DNA from: the human T2T-CHM13v2.0 reference genome, Homo sapiens
Direction: 5' to 3' (one strand)
Assembly (NCBI RefSeq): GCF_009914755.1
Contig: NC_060926.1
Length of the DNA stretch: 64,000 bases
Shown here in pieces: positions 45,483 to 59,279 of the stretch (position 1 is its first letter; the number at the start of each line of letters is the position of its first letter). The notes under the pieces were generated by a model. The model did not search any database and had not been told where the DNA came from. It saw nothing but the letters and a program-made list of their open reading frames with translations. The translations under genes and the position numbers were made by a program.

Positions 45483-48400
45483 GTGAATTAGAGTTTAAGA
45501 CACTCAGCAGTAATAATTATTTACGGCACTTGGTAGTGAAGAGAGGACAGTGGTGGAATATGAAGCTGGTTAACATACATAAAATGGGAACTACCTACAG
45601 GAGGCACATACTCCCCCCTGTAAGAGTCTAGGAGGTGACTCAGGCTAGTGAAAAAGGGCCAGTCGTTTCAGAGGCTGGAGGGGCTCTTTTAAAGTGGCAT
45701 CTCTAGTAGTTGTTGCCATGTAGGAAAGTGGACTAAAGTTTTATAGATTCAGTTAGAAATCTACATTTTTATGAAAATGTGAGCCCAATTTAACATATCT
45801 TTAAATTAGATATAGATTAAGAGCCATTTATTTCTCATTTTTGACCTGAATGTTATGGCACAATATTTCGATGGCAAAGACAGCATTTTTCGTGGTGTCA
45901 AACTATTTTTCATGCAAATTCATTATATTTAAAAATATTTTTGAAAAGAAACTTGATAAAAATGGCAAAGGTATTTTAGTAGTCAGTATCCTTTTGGCCA
46001 TTTCTAGTAAATTATGTGATTCCTTTGTATTCCTAAGTTATTATATTTGAATTGATTTTACATTTTTGGGTGATACTTGTAGAACTCTAATTTTGGATGA
46101 ACTTTTAATTCAATAAGTATGCATTTCTTGACCACTTTTAACAGTGATTTTGTGTTCTTTGTGACCCTCTATCTCCAGTTTATTAAGAACTACCTCTGCA
46201 TGCAGAGGCACTTTGTAAACTGTAAGAAACTCTAATGATATTTTAGTGCCTTGCCACTGTGTCTGGCACAAAAACACCCAATGAATAAGTGGTGAAAAAA
46301 TGATACCTCTGTTAGATAATCATTAATGTTTACATCCTATGACAAGGTGTCTATAGATTTCAATTATACTAAAATCAGTAGGATACCACAAATCAAAAAT
46401 ATTTTCTTCATCATTCTTTTCTCCATTTTACAAACAAAAGAGATTGAAATAAACTTTGTATCTATTGACAAATAATTGGATCCTGTAGATTGAGTTAATT
46501 ACTTGTTAGAAAATTACCTCTTCTGCTTCATTGGTCAAGATGTTCTATGAAGTAGAATTTGTTTTGACTTTCTAATGGCATAACAATAAATGTCTAACAA
46601 TGTCTTTCTTGTATCTTGGGACTAGTTTATCTCATCATATCTGGCTGACAAATGCTTTGGCAGTGACAGTGTCTTGGATGACAGTGCTGTTGGATTAGAT
46701 TGGCTAACTTCTATAATTTAAATTAAAACCAGGACCCTGAAATGCTTCTCGGAATAATCATGTTGGTTACCATGCCCATTGCTCAATTTTTTTCCTTTTG
46801 TTGAAGGCAGCTCTATTAGCATCTTGTCTATACATTTCTTGACTAGCGAGAAGAGATACGAGGCTTTAGGGCTGACGTAAACTCTCATCGGTTGGACAGG
46901 TATCATGCTCTTTTTCATTTATCAATTCCAGGAAGTACTGGGTTTGGTCCTTGTTAATAAGGAAGGAAAAATACCAAGACTTTCGTGAGTACTTAAAATT
47001 CACAAGTTATGAAGTTTACAATGCGTTAGTTCTGTGGAGCTCTGGTGGGGGCATCTTCTGAATATGGGCAGGACACTGTCCTGCAGCTCCCTGGTTATTT
47101 GAAAAGGGATGAAGGCTATGCTGTCTGGCTCTCACTTCCACCTTCTGACTCCCACTCTTTCCCTCTGCTGAAAATGGTGAGTCAAGGCCAGCTGGCAAAA
47201 ATTAGCATAGAATGGGGTATTGTTTCATCAAAATTTGGCAATTGGGGAGTAATTTTTATAAATATTGACACTTTTGTTATCTCTGGGAGGTGATTGGTTG
47301 ATATTCTATGTATAGCCATTTGGCCACTTCTTAATATAGAAGAAAATATTTCCTGAGTCACCTTTCTTAATTTTCTCAAAATAATTACCTTGAATTGTTA
47401 TAGATCCATCTTTTCATGCCAACACAAACTTTTAGATGCTGTTGAGTATGTTTTTAACAAAGTATAAGTAGATTGGTTTTAAGTTGACTTAGCCATTGTT
47501 AATGATTCAGTTGATTTTTTAAAATTAAGAATGCATTAAAAATGAAATTGATACATTTATGGAGAATTCATAAACGATTCAAATCAATTACTTTATAGAC
47601 ATAATACATATATTTTGTATGTTTTTGTAATTTTTGGGAAAAAATTAGCTTAATTATGTTTCTGAGTAAGCTAAAGACATTCAACTGTATTCTTTCAAAT
47701 TTGCCAAAGAACAAAAAGTAAGATTTTGTCATTTGGTTTATTGGATTTTTCATTATTCACTATGATAACAGTCCAAAAACAAGAATCAATTTCTTAATGC
47801 TTTATTATATGTTTTGAAGGGAGTTCCTTTGTTCTGTGTTTACCTTACAGAACCTCAGAGTTTAAAGCCACATTCTGTTTTTAAGGGAAAGCAAGTCTTG
47901 TCAGTTTTTATAATTGCAAATAGGATAGGAAATCATGAATGGATGAAAAGTGTAGTGTGATAAGTCATTCACTAGAAGGGGAGTTGAGGCAGTGAGGGGC
48001 AGGATGATGGAGTGATAAAGTTCATAGTAATTATAGGAGAAAGTGAGTATAATGGCAATAAATTGAAAATTGACCAAGTAAGATATTTGAGGAAAGCCAG
48101 CATATTGTGATCAACATGCTGGTGTAACCTAATTACTTATATAACCTGAAAGTAAATTCCAAATTTCTTCTGGCAAGAAATAGTGATTTTTTTTCCTATG
48201 CAAGTAATAAATTTGCTGATTTGAGTTCTTATACACCTTCTGGGCATAACACAAGAACATGAAAAATGTTATTCTTCAAATTACTGACCTTATGGCTAAT
48301 GCCTTTCCTTAATGCTAGTCTCATTATATTCTATTCTTGGTCAGAAATTCCATATGCACAGCTTTCATTGGAATCCTTAGCATTACTTTTGATATTCCAA

Positions 48401-48919
48401 AGCACTTTTCTTAATATTCTCTTGCCATTCACCTTAAAAAAGCAGTAGATATAGTTGGTTTTGTTAAGAAAAGTTTCATTGGCAATCATTTATATTTCTC
48501 AAGTATTGTTGCTAATCAAAATCCTAATATTTAGCCTCTCTTTAGCATTTTAGTTTGCCTTTTTCTTAGAAGATACTAGCAAATAATATAGTGTTTCAAA
48601 GTCACAATGTCTTCAAATCTTACGGTTGATTCAGACTGAAATCTTTTATGGATTTTATGCCCCACCTGGAGCAGTACTCAGTAATGTATTCACAGCAAGG
48701 ATGTACTCTAAAATTAATTATTTGTGTCATTCATCTAGGTATTCCCTCACTAATAAATTATTGCTTTCTTATTCAGTATAAATTTGCTTTTCACTGTTTT
48801 GGGTGACCTCGGTCATCAGTGGGTAGTTAAAAATTCTCTTCCAGGAATTCCCTCTGATTATCTACAACATTTTGGGCTGAATAATAGGTGTGCTGCATAA
48901 CTTGGAGAGGTGACCCTTT

Positions 48920-49200
48920 GATATTCAGTTTATTAATTATTTATGGAGTGACTATGGAAGTGGAGTAGTAGGAGATACCAAATAGTAGAAAATACTGTCC
49001 TTGCTTTCAAGGAGTTCATGATCGTATTATAGAGACAAGGTATACTTGAAAGTCTAATTATGTTGCTGAAAAAGTAATAGAGGCCATATATGTCATCGAA
49101 TAGTGGGGGGCGGGGGTAGGTAGGGGGAAGACAGGATGGCTGTGGGTTAGCATGAGAGGAGAAGAAGTGATAGAGAACTAGAACTGATCCAGTCTATTTG
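48920..49200 (-). mobile_element. L2 3' fragment
   Basis: attatttatggagtgactat...tgtccttgctttcaaggagttcatgatc. Confidence 0.55.
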
Positions 49201-51760
49201 CAGTTGTTAGAATTTGACTGGGCCGCTAGGCAGGGCAAGAAGTGGAAAATAGGGAAGCGGCTTAATGTCATGAATAAAAACAGAGTAAGAGACTCACTGG
49301 TGTGATAGAAATTTCTACTTTGAATTATAGTGGAGAACAAGTTTAAAAATAGTAGAGGAGATTGAATTTGAGGAAAGACAAATCTAGATTTTTTTTCCAG
49401 GAGATTTTCCTCTTTTGTTTGAATTATGGTTATTTGAATAATCCATTTCAAAATACCACTTAATCAGACAGTAGAGGGAACTATTTATATGACGTAAAAG
49501 GTAGTTTGGCAGACATGATTAAGGAGAATGTTAGAGAATAAGATATCAACATGGAAAGAGATGTGATCTTTTTTAATCTGGAAAAAGCAAGACAAATTGC
49601 TTTGAACATGTAGGTGAAAACGTACCTTAATGTTTCCAATTTAACCAGAAAATATGATTAATGTAAAAACTATAGCAAGCACAGTAATTTTACTTTGTAA
49701 TTCTGCTATAATTTGTTTCATTTGCCATATTTTATTTTTCTTGTTGTCATTTGAATTTATACCTGGGAATGCCATAAAACTTAATACCTTAGAACTATAA
49801 TCAAGTCAGAAGAGCTTCTTTTCCATAATGGTGTCATATGGTTTGACATCCACTCGTCATCTTCAGGATGTTAAAGTCTAAGATATCTACTTTACATATT
49901 TTATGTATTCAAACAATAAGGTTTTATGCATGAGTGAGTTTGAGGCTTTGGAATATGTGCACCCACTATTTAGTAAACTGTTGCCTTCCATTGTTAGGGT
50001 ATCCTTGTGAGACTTAAAAAACAAACAAACAAAAAACAACCAGAAAACCAAAGCAATGCCCCTGAGGCCAACTCTGTAAACTTATGGGAGGTAACAGTAA
50101 ATGTTTCAAGGACAATTCTGATATGATTCCTACCAATGTCACATAGCTGCTGACATCTGGGAAGTGACAGTAGCTGACAGACCATGTTGGCACAGCAGAA
50201 ATCAGAGATGGACTAGCTCAGTTGGAAGAAAAATGTCATGCTGATTGGGAAGCTAAGAAGCAGAACGCCACAGTGGCAACCTGTGCAAACAGTGGCTATT
50301 AACATTAACTAACAGACAGATTGAGTCCAGCTAGGGCTGCGGACCACCCATCAGTGGATCTGCCATGCCTGTACATATAGGAAGTTCTTTGCTGTCAGCA
50401 TAGCTTCGCTCAGTAAAAGAGAAGTGATGTTTATGTTCATTATTATGCTTATGTTGGGTGGTGACAGATAAAGGAATGTACCTTTTCTTATGAAGAGTAA
50501 TGCAATTTTAATGAGAATTTGACCTTGAAGGTAAAGAATTGCTGAAGCATCACTAATTGAGTATTCATTTAAAATGTATTCCCAGTTTAGCTGCTGGTTC
50601 ATCCTCACTCATCCCTGATCTCAACATTTTCAAGATGGCACCCTAGAAGTTGGAGTATGTTTTAGGGCAATGGAGTCAAGGCCTTTGGACTGAAAAATAA
50701 AAGCATGGAAATAGCATTTGTTTTTACTGTTTTATCATCTACCCTTTGGCTGCCTCCCTCAATGTTGGCGTCAAGGGTGATTCTGAAACCTCAAAGCCCC
50801 AGTGAAGCCCCAACCGCATCTCTAACCTTTTACCTCTTAGTCCATGATCTTCCTAGCTGCCTTACAGAACAAAAACAATGACCTTGAGATGGGATTCAAC
50901 TTTCTCAGTTCCTTACCTTATTGTATACAAAATGTATTAATTTCTGCACTGGAGACTTGGGATTGCTTCTCCTACCCAAGGCTAATTTTCATACTTGCCT
51001 TTTCAATTGCATTTCCTCCCTTCTTGCTGGAAACTTTTCTTTTTAACTTCACATGTCCCTTCTTTCTCCTGTCTTCAGCCTCTCTGCTGCGTGGACTCAT
51101 CTGAGCCTGTAAACATGAAGGCTCTGTTTTCTTAAAACCAAGTTGGGAAAACAAACAAGCTGCCTTTATTTCCTCCTTGCATTCATTTTTCTACAATTCT
51201 TTAATCGTTTTCCTTTCTCAGACAAGTTGCTTAAATGAGTTGTTTAAAGGAGAACATGATCCTTCCCTTCCCTGCCCTGCACGTTCTGCTGTTCACATTT
51301 CTGACCTTTGATTCATTGAAACTCTTTGAACAGTTTGAGAAGTTTATCAAGGAATAACTTAAGAAAAATACTGCATGCAATGAGAAGGTCATTAGGACAG
51401 AATGAGAAGCTTGGTCAGAGCTGATGGGCCCTGACTTAGCCTGCTAGGTAACACAGCTCTTGTTTGTTTGTTTGTTTTATTTGTTTATTCCTTGTATATT
51501 TGTGTACACATGTTTCATTCTCTTTGAATAGCCACAGATGAGGATTCATTAAGAGCCTAGACTTTTTAATAGACTTACACTCCTTTAGAAATACTTTAAA
51601 TTCAATAAACTAAAAATATCCAGAATCCTGCAGTCAGCTATATAGGAGACTACATGTCGATGTCTAGTTTCTAAGCATGGATAGGTCCAGTATTTTCAGT
51701 CATGGTTTTTCTATAATTTTACCATAGCAAATATGTGAATTGTCTGTGGAATGTTTGTTC

Positions 51761-52484
51761 TGTCAACTGAAGAATGACAAGGCTCATAGATTTGGAAGGA
51801 AGACTTTTATTTCTCATAAAGAGTTGTGGCCTGCAGGTGGCCATCCTGGCAGGCTGGAAAGGGTAGCTTCCTGCCAGAAGCCAGAAACAGGCACTCCGAG
51901 GGAGAGGTAAAAGAAACAGGAATTTATGCTGGGCAGGGTGGCTGAATACACGTATTTAATAAGCTGTAGCAGGGGTCATGAATACTTGTGAAAGGAGAAA
52001 CAGACCCAAGTGCAATTGAGCTTCATGCTTCCAGATGGGTCATGTGTTCAAAAAATGGCATTGGCATGATCAGTGGGTGGAGATTTTGGCCCTCTGATGT
52101 CGAAAAGTGAAGCAGAGGCCAAATCCCTCTGTGTGCAGCCTCTGTAGACTGGCCAGACCACTCAGTGGTCAGTGGTCTCTTACCAGGAAGGAATGCTGGT
52201 GGGTTGTTGTGTCAAAATTGCAAAAGGGAGAGGCAGCAGTCAGGGGGCTGGGTGAAATCAGCGGTGCAGCAAGTCTTCTGAAAGGGCTGGTTTCTGTTTA
52301 GCCCTTAGGGAAGAAAGCCTAAAGGCACTTAGCGCGGGAGGATGCATATTAAATTGTCCTACCTCACTTTCACTCACAGCCGGGAACTCAGTTTTTAAAA
52401 TTTGCCTGGGTTCTCCATCGTGAAGAGGCAGTTTGTTCAATGAGTTCGGAAGACGGGCAGTTAGGATTTCATTTTTATTTCTCA
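51761..52484 (-). mobile_element. ERV1 MER4-group solo LTR (MER50-like)
   Basis: TG...CA ends; minus strand starts tgagaaataaaaatgaaatcctaa...aaaaactgagttcccggc; 724 bp; minus-strand AATAAA near 51806. Confidence 0.75.
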
Positions 52485-52819
52485 ATCCATTTATTTACAG
52501 TTTATACTCAGCCTGGTTCTAGAAAGTTGTTGGGTAAGTGACTGCCCCACAACTTTACTACCATAGTGAACAATGGTCAAGGAGAAGGAAATTCAGAAGA
52601 TCTTAAGGAAGACAAGGGCTTCAGGATGGTGTGGATCATGCTCAATGACATGAGATGCAGGAAGAAGAAATCCTACACAAGTTCATGTGTAATGGGCCAG
52701 CTGGGCTGTGTGGAGCTTAAGAGAGTAAAAGGTGTTGAGGCTGAGGCAGTAAGTGTAGACAGTATGAAATGTAAAGGAGAAGGTGGAGATTTGTTGGAAT
52801 GAGATTGATCCTATAATGG

Positions 52820-53060
52820 ATTCATTACATGATACCTATTTGTGTAATACTCTAGCAGTTGCAAAGCATGCTCACTTGATTTTTTCCTTTTAACCTCCTG
52901 AAGATTCTAGTTAGGTGGGACAGTAAAATTGTTACTGTCTTCCCTATTTTTCAAATGGGAAAATCATTTTAAAACAGTGAGTTGCATAAATCACATAGAG
53001 AGTAGCTGAGCTAGGATTTAACAGAAGTTTATCTTAATCCACTCCTGTGATCTTTCTGCT
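52820..53060 (-). mobile_element. MIR
   Basis: ccctatttttcaaatgggaaa...cacatagagagtagctgagctaggattt. Confidence 0.55.
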
Positions 53061-54250
53061 TTTTCAGTTGTCTTTTCTTCTAATTTAAGGCTATTAGATA
53101 ACAAAAGCAGAAAGAAAGGAACTTCTGAAGATGCTCAGAGAGACGTTGGGAAGGACAGACTCCCTCAGAACCCAGGAGGAGCCAGGCTCTAGAACATGGT
53201 GGATGAGAGAGGACATTACTCTTAAAGAGAAAGAAAGATTTTCATTCTCCATTATTTCAGAACAAGCTGACAGGTAGAATTTAGGGTCTGGAATTTGGAA
53301 TATGTTAAGTAAAGAAAGAATCTTGGTGAGTTCTCATGAGATGGGGGTCCCTGGGTGAAGCCTGATGCAAAGCCTTTGAATATTCTCTGTTGATAATGCA
53401 AAAGAGCACATTTGATTGCAAGTTTTAATTGGTCTCACATAGTCATGCAACTGTGTGTTTGTGACTGCTGTTCGCCAGTCTTCATGGATTATTGAAATAA
53501 AGAAAGCAAGCACTTGGCTCCTTTCATTGCCAAATCTTTTCTACATTGATACTGATGTCTCTTTCAGAACTGGCTCTTGTAGAATAAAGACTTTAAGAGA
53601 TTTTAAAACTCTCACCGTATTCCTTGGGTTCTTGCCTACCCCCTTAAGGAGAAGAGGCCAATTGTGCTTTTGTAGGTGTTAACTGGCTCATTCCCCAGCC
53701 TCTGTTTCCATAAAGCTAAAGGTCAGTCTGATCAAACCATCAATGACAGTCCATCTCACAGATGCTTAAAATGTGTTTTTCAGTATAATCTTGAAATGTG
53801 ATACCTAGCAGACATCTCGTGTCTCAAAGTGTTAATATATCAATAACATATTACAACTTTGTTTCTTAAATTATCCTCTTCAGATAATATTAAATTCTAA
53901 GTCCCCAGATAATGAAAGGTGCATTGTTCCATCTTGTGGCAGAGAACCATTTAGAAAACATTTTGATCTCATTTTTTAAATCATTAGAATACGCTGTTGT
54001 ATTTTTTATTGTTTTCATAGCTTAAGAATGACCCCTATTTTTTATTGTACCCCTGTTTTGGACAATTTAACCCTTTTGATAACCCATATTTTAAAAAAAA
54101 ATTTTTTGTTTATCTATTTTAACTCTGAAAAAGTGAATAAATTGAAAAACAAAATTAGTATTTATATGGTTCCGACTCCCAGGATTAATGATTCCTCCTT
54201 TTTTGTATCTTTATGTAAAGCATTATTCTTTCTACTTTCTAGTTACAGAT

Positions 54251-54261
54251 ACACACACACA

Positions 54262-54301
<40 letters not shown>
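54251..54301. repeat. (AC)n microsatellite, about 25 units with one interruption
   Basis: Seen directly. Confidence 0.98.
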
Positions 54302-54303
<2 letters not shown>

Positions 54304-54305
54304 GA

Positions 54306-54710
<405 letters not shown>

Positions 54711-56777
54711 TAGCAAAATTAGTATGTAGTTTTGTAAGGTTCAAATTGATGTTAGAACTAAAGGTGGAAGAGTACTTAGCTTTGTTTCTTAAACTTATAC
54801 CATCCTCCTAAAAGCAATCTTGCAGACAGATGCAGGGGTAAAAAAAAAAAGAAAAAAAAAAAAAAAGTAGTGGGAAGGCCTTTGTCTTTTGAAAGAAAAA
54901 ATCACATAGTGATACTCTGAAAAGCTCTCATCGGAGAATAAAGGATGCAATCGCTGTATTAAACACAGATGGAATATTTCAGTCTCAGCTGTCATTGAAG
55001 AATCTCCACATTAGTTTGGATTGCGCACCTTTGGGGCATGTATAAATTGACAGTGATAAAACTACCTCGTTGCTGAGCTGGAGTGTACAACATCCCTTTA
55101 TCTGTGCCATCTGGTGCTACAGAGGATGGCAAATTCTTCTCTGCCATGATTTTTCTTTCTGGGGGATTTCTAGACTTCCTTAGCATAGAATGTGTTGGAC
55201 CAAAATCACTCTTTGCCCAGATTTCAGTGACAGTAGCCTGAAAAGAGAAACAGAATTCTAAGAGATTGTAAGTGTAGCAGGAGGCAGAGAAATTATTTGA
55301 TGCACTGTAAGATATTTTGGAGGGTAGTGGTTGATTACAATGTGATGCTTTATAATCCCTGACCATATCTCACTCCCTAGTGATGGCAAGCTGTTCCTAG
55401 TTTTGTTTTTGCCATTTTTACTATTGCTTGTAGCATAATAATATTAAACAATTAATGCTTTGGTTCTTACCCACTGAAGCAATGAATGGTTGTTATTCTG
55501 CCTTAGGGCTCTTATTTATTGTGGATTCCCAAACAAGTTTACAATGCTTTATCATCACTTACTCAATTTATCTAATTTAAGACCAATAACAAGATTTACT
55601 GGCTGTTGAGTCTTGCAACAACCTGTGTTCCTTTATTATCTACCACTGCCTGTGATTAAAATGAAAACAAAGTTGGATTGCATTTTATTAACAAAAGGAT
55701 ATTTCCAAGAATTATGAATTAGTGATAGAAGGTTTATAAATGATTAAGTTTTAATTTTTCCCCCCAAATTGTACTTAGCTTATGTAAAACAGTCTAGACC
55801 CGTTTAGGAGTTTATTTGTTGTCATAAAATATCAAGGTGAGAGTTGACTTTTCTCTGGATTTGTTCAGTAGAGAACTATGCTGGGAAGGACTATGGAGAC
55901 CTTATTAATAGAATCACACCTGAATTGACTGAAGCCAGGTTACAATCATGAAAAATATGAATGAAAATTTTAACCAAATAAAAATTGGGGCTGTTTGGGT
56001 TAAAATTGAATAAAACTAAGTTAAATATACAACTGTTTGTGGCCTAGAGGAAAGTTACATTGGTTTTTTTTAGTTCTTAGGTAGTGTAGTGTGGTTAGAA
56101 CCTTTTCTGACCAGACGAGGTTGTATTCACCTCTACTAATTTCTTAGCTCTGAGCACTTCCAGTGAATTACCTGAACTCTCTAACACCCGTTTTAGCTCA
56201 TCAAAATTGTTCATATTTCCCTTTTCATTAGGGAAGGGAGGTTTAACAAGTAAGTTCTTTCAGTCTTAATTTGCAGTGAGGTTGTTTCCTGTTTGTCTAC
56301 GAATTTAGCCATAACTCACCATTCCTCTTTCCATGTAGAAAATAATTGTGGTTTTTTTTTTTTTGTATAAAAAAGTGAAAGTGTGTCCAGCAAGGAATAA
56401 CTTGGGGAAAAGCCAGGAAAGCACTATCTTATTAGATATAAAGCATTCCAGTGTCACCACAAGCAGTTGTACAAAGAAGAAAGATTGGATTATGAAACTG
56501 GACTGTAATTCTTAGACGCAGTACCACTCCTAGAACACGCTTGGGAAAAAGTCAGCAAGAAGATTGGACCTGGAGGGAGTGCTAGAAAGGCAAGTTGGTG
56601 GCAGGAGGGCAAACAGCACACTTTTTTTCTAGCTATGGTTTTCTCTGGACATTCTCAGTGCCTTGATATTCCAGTGCTGGATGGGAAACCACTGATAGAA
56701 CATTAATTTCTTACTTTGCTCATTAGTTTAAGATTACAGTGTTAATTATTCACAAGAGAAGAAAGTAAGGATATCTT

Positions 56778-56894
56778 TTTTTTTTTTTTTGAGACGGAGT
56801 CTCGCTCTGTCGCCCAGGCTGGAGTGCAGTGGTGCAATCTCAGCTCACTGCAAGCTCTGCCTCCCAGGTTCATGCCATTCTCCTGCCTCAGCCT
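56778..56894 (-). mobile_element. Heavily 5'-truncated AluY (3' ~105 nt plus tail) with a 16-bp TSD
   Basis: gcaagctctgcc and ttcatgccattct Y-type motifs; TSD aaagtaaggatatctt (56762-56777) / aaagtaaggatttctt (56896-56911). Confidence 0.9.
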
Positions 56895-57439
56895 AAAAGT
56901 AAGGATTTCTTACTTCTTCTTCACATCTCCCCCTTTAGAGACTGTACCAGATTTAAGCCTGAGAACTCATTGGTTCCTTCTGGTCTAATTCTAGAGACAT
57001 GTGTACCTTACTTATGGATACTTGGCAAGGTAGGCATTAGTATTTGGATGCTTATCTTCACAAACCTGAGTGAGGTTCATTGTGAGGGTAGAATTTTGGA
57101 GAAAAATGCCTGATTTGATAAAAAAGAGTTTTTCAGTAAAGGACCACCTAATTTCTGCCTTCTGGACAGACTTCACAATTGGGGATACAAGTGGTATTCT
57201 AATTGTGAGCATCATCCTGGTTTCCATTCCACCCCTAGCAGAGTGCCTGCCATGATGGTGCTTTTTTTTTACTTGATAAAGGGATTCACACAAGGGAGAT
57301 ACAAGGTGAGCCTGATGAATCTTGTTCCCCAACCTAGAAGATGCTCAGCCTAATGAAATCACCTCAAAAGGAAACAGGAGCCGACTGGATGGCACTTGCA
57401 CTGGTAAAATTTTGGAATTTTGAGCATCAAAAAAGAATA

Positions 57440-59190
57440 ACGACTGTAATAGATTGCAATATATTGAATAAATAAAAGCCATTGAGTAAGTGATACACTT
57501 AGTGATATACAATAATACCACTTAGATAACATCATAAAACATGAAATACTTAGGGATAAATTTGACAAAATATGTGAAAGATCTGTACATTACAAACTAC
57601 CCAGCATTGTTGAGAGAAGTGAAAAAAGACTGATGTAAGTAAATGAGAGATACAGTTTTTATGAGTCAGTTTTTATGTCATTAAAAATGCTAATCTTCAA
57701 ATTGTTTATATATAAATTTAGTGTAATCCCAACAAACCTTGACAGGCTTTTTTTTTTTTTTTTTTTGGTAGAAATTGTCTGGAATTGATAGAATCAGGTA
57801 TAAGCTGATTCTAACTTTATTTGGAAATGTAAAGAACCTAGAATAGTAAAAACATTTCTGGAACAAGAAAACCTGAAATGAAGAGAACTTACAGTACTGA
57901 ATTTCCAGACTTCCTATAAAGCTACTTAAGTCAAAATTGTGGTATTGACGTTAGGTTAGAAGATAGATCAATAACTTGAATAGAATCCCCAAATAGACCA
58001 CAGTTATACAGTCAATTACTTTTTGGCAAAGATGTCTAGATAATTAAGTGGAGGGAAAGGACAGTCTGATCAGCAAGTGGTATTACTAAACACACCCATC
58101 TCCATTCAATACAAAATTCACTTGAAATGGATCATAGAACCATAAAATTTCTGGAGAAAAAGAATTGGAGAATTTTTTTGTTATTGCAATTGTAGCTTAG
58201 GCAAATACTTCTTACATACAGCATACCTGAACTGCAGAAGAAAATGATAAATTGTCAAGCCAAAGACTGGGAGAAAATATTTGCAAAGCGTATGCTTAAT
58301 AAAGGACTAGTGTCTAACATACACAGATAACTCTTATAATTTAATATTAAGAAGGTACCCTGATTAAAACTGGGGTCCAATATTTAAATAGACATATTTC
58401 CAAAAAAGATAGACACATAAATATATGAAAAAGTACACAATGTTTCTAGTCATCAGAGAAAAGCAAATCAAAATTACAGTGATAACATTATATACACTGA
58501 AATCACTAAAATTAAAAGGACTGAAAATAGCAAGTATTGGCTGGCAAAGGGCAAAGCAGCTTGAACTCTCATACATTGCTGGGCAATTCAGAATTTAGAA
58601 TAGTCTAATCATTTTGAAAAAGTTTGACATTTTCATAAGTTAAACCTGTGCTTAGCCATTGTGTTCTTAAGTATCTACTTAAAAGAAATGAAACTTATGG
58701 TCCCACAAATAGCAGTAAGTGAATGTTCACAGCAACTTTGTTCATAATAACCTCAAACTGCAACCAACCCAAATATCCGTCACCTGGTAAGCAGATGAGC
58801 AAATTGTGCTATATCTATATAGTGGAATTCTACTCAATACAGTGGAACAACTACTTTTACATGCAAAAACATGGATGAGTCTCAAAAGTGTTTCACAAAG
58901 TGAAAGAAGCCAGACACCAGAGACTGTATACTATAATATGATTCCATTAAATGAAATTCTTAAAGAGCAAAACTGTAATGATACAAATTAGATCAGTGGT
59001 TCCTAGGGGTGAAGTGAGGAAATTAACTGCAAAGAGCAGGAGGGAAATTTTGGGTAGTGGAAGTGTTTCTGTATCTTCATCGTGGTGATGGTCACACAAC
59101 TCTATGCATCTATCAAAACTCAAACTTTACCACTGAAATGGGTGCATTTTACTGTACTCAAATTAGTCCTCAGTATAATTGTTTAAAAAT
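57440..59190 (+). mobile_element. Old L1M (L1ME/MD-like) ORF2 3' part and 3' UTR
   Basis: atgaaatacttagggataaatttgacaaaatatgtgaaagatctgtac; gactgggagaaaatatttgcaa; aaacatggatgagtctcaaa. Confidence 0.85.
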
Positions 59191-59279
59191 AGGACCATAG
59201 TGGTATTTGAGGGGAAAAGAGGTAGGGGTGATGGGTGTTAAAATAATGAAAAAAGGAAAAAAGGAAAACCTTCAGCAGT

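Noticed and set aside
47175-47183. Isolated strong donors (ATG|GTGAGT here; others near 53326 and 57305)
   Set aside because: No matching upstream acceptor could be supported from the sequence.
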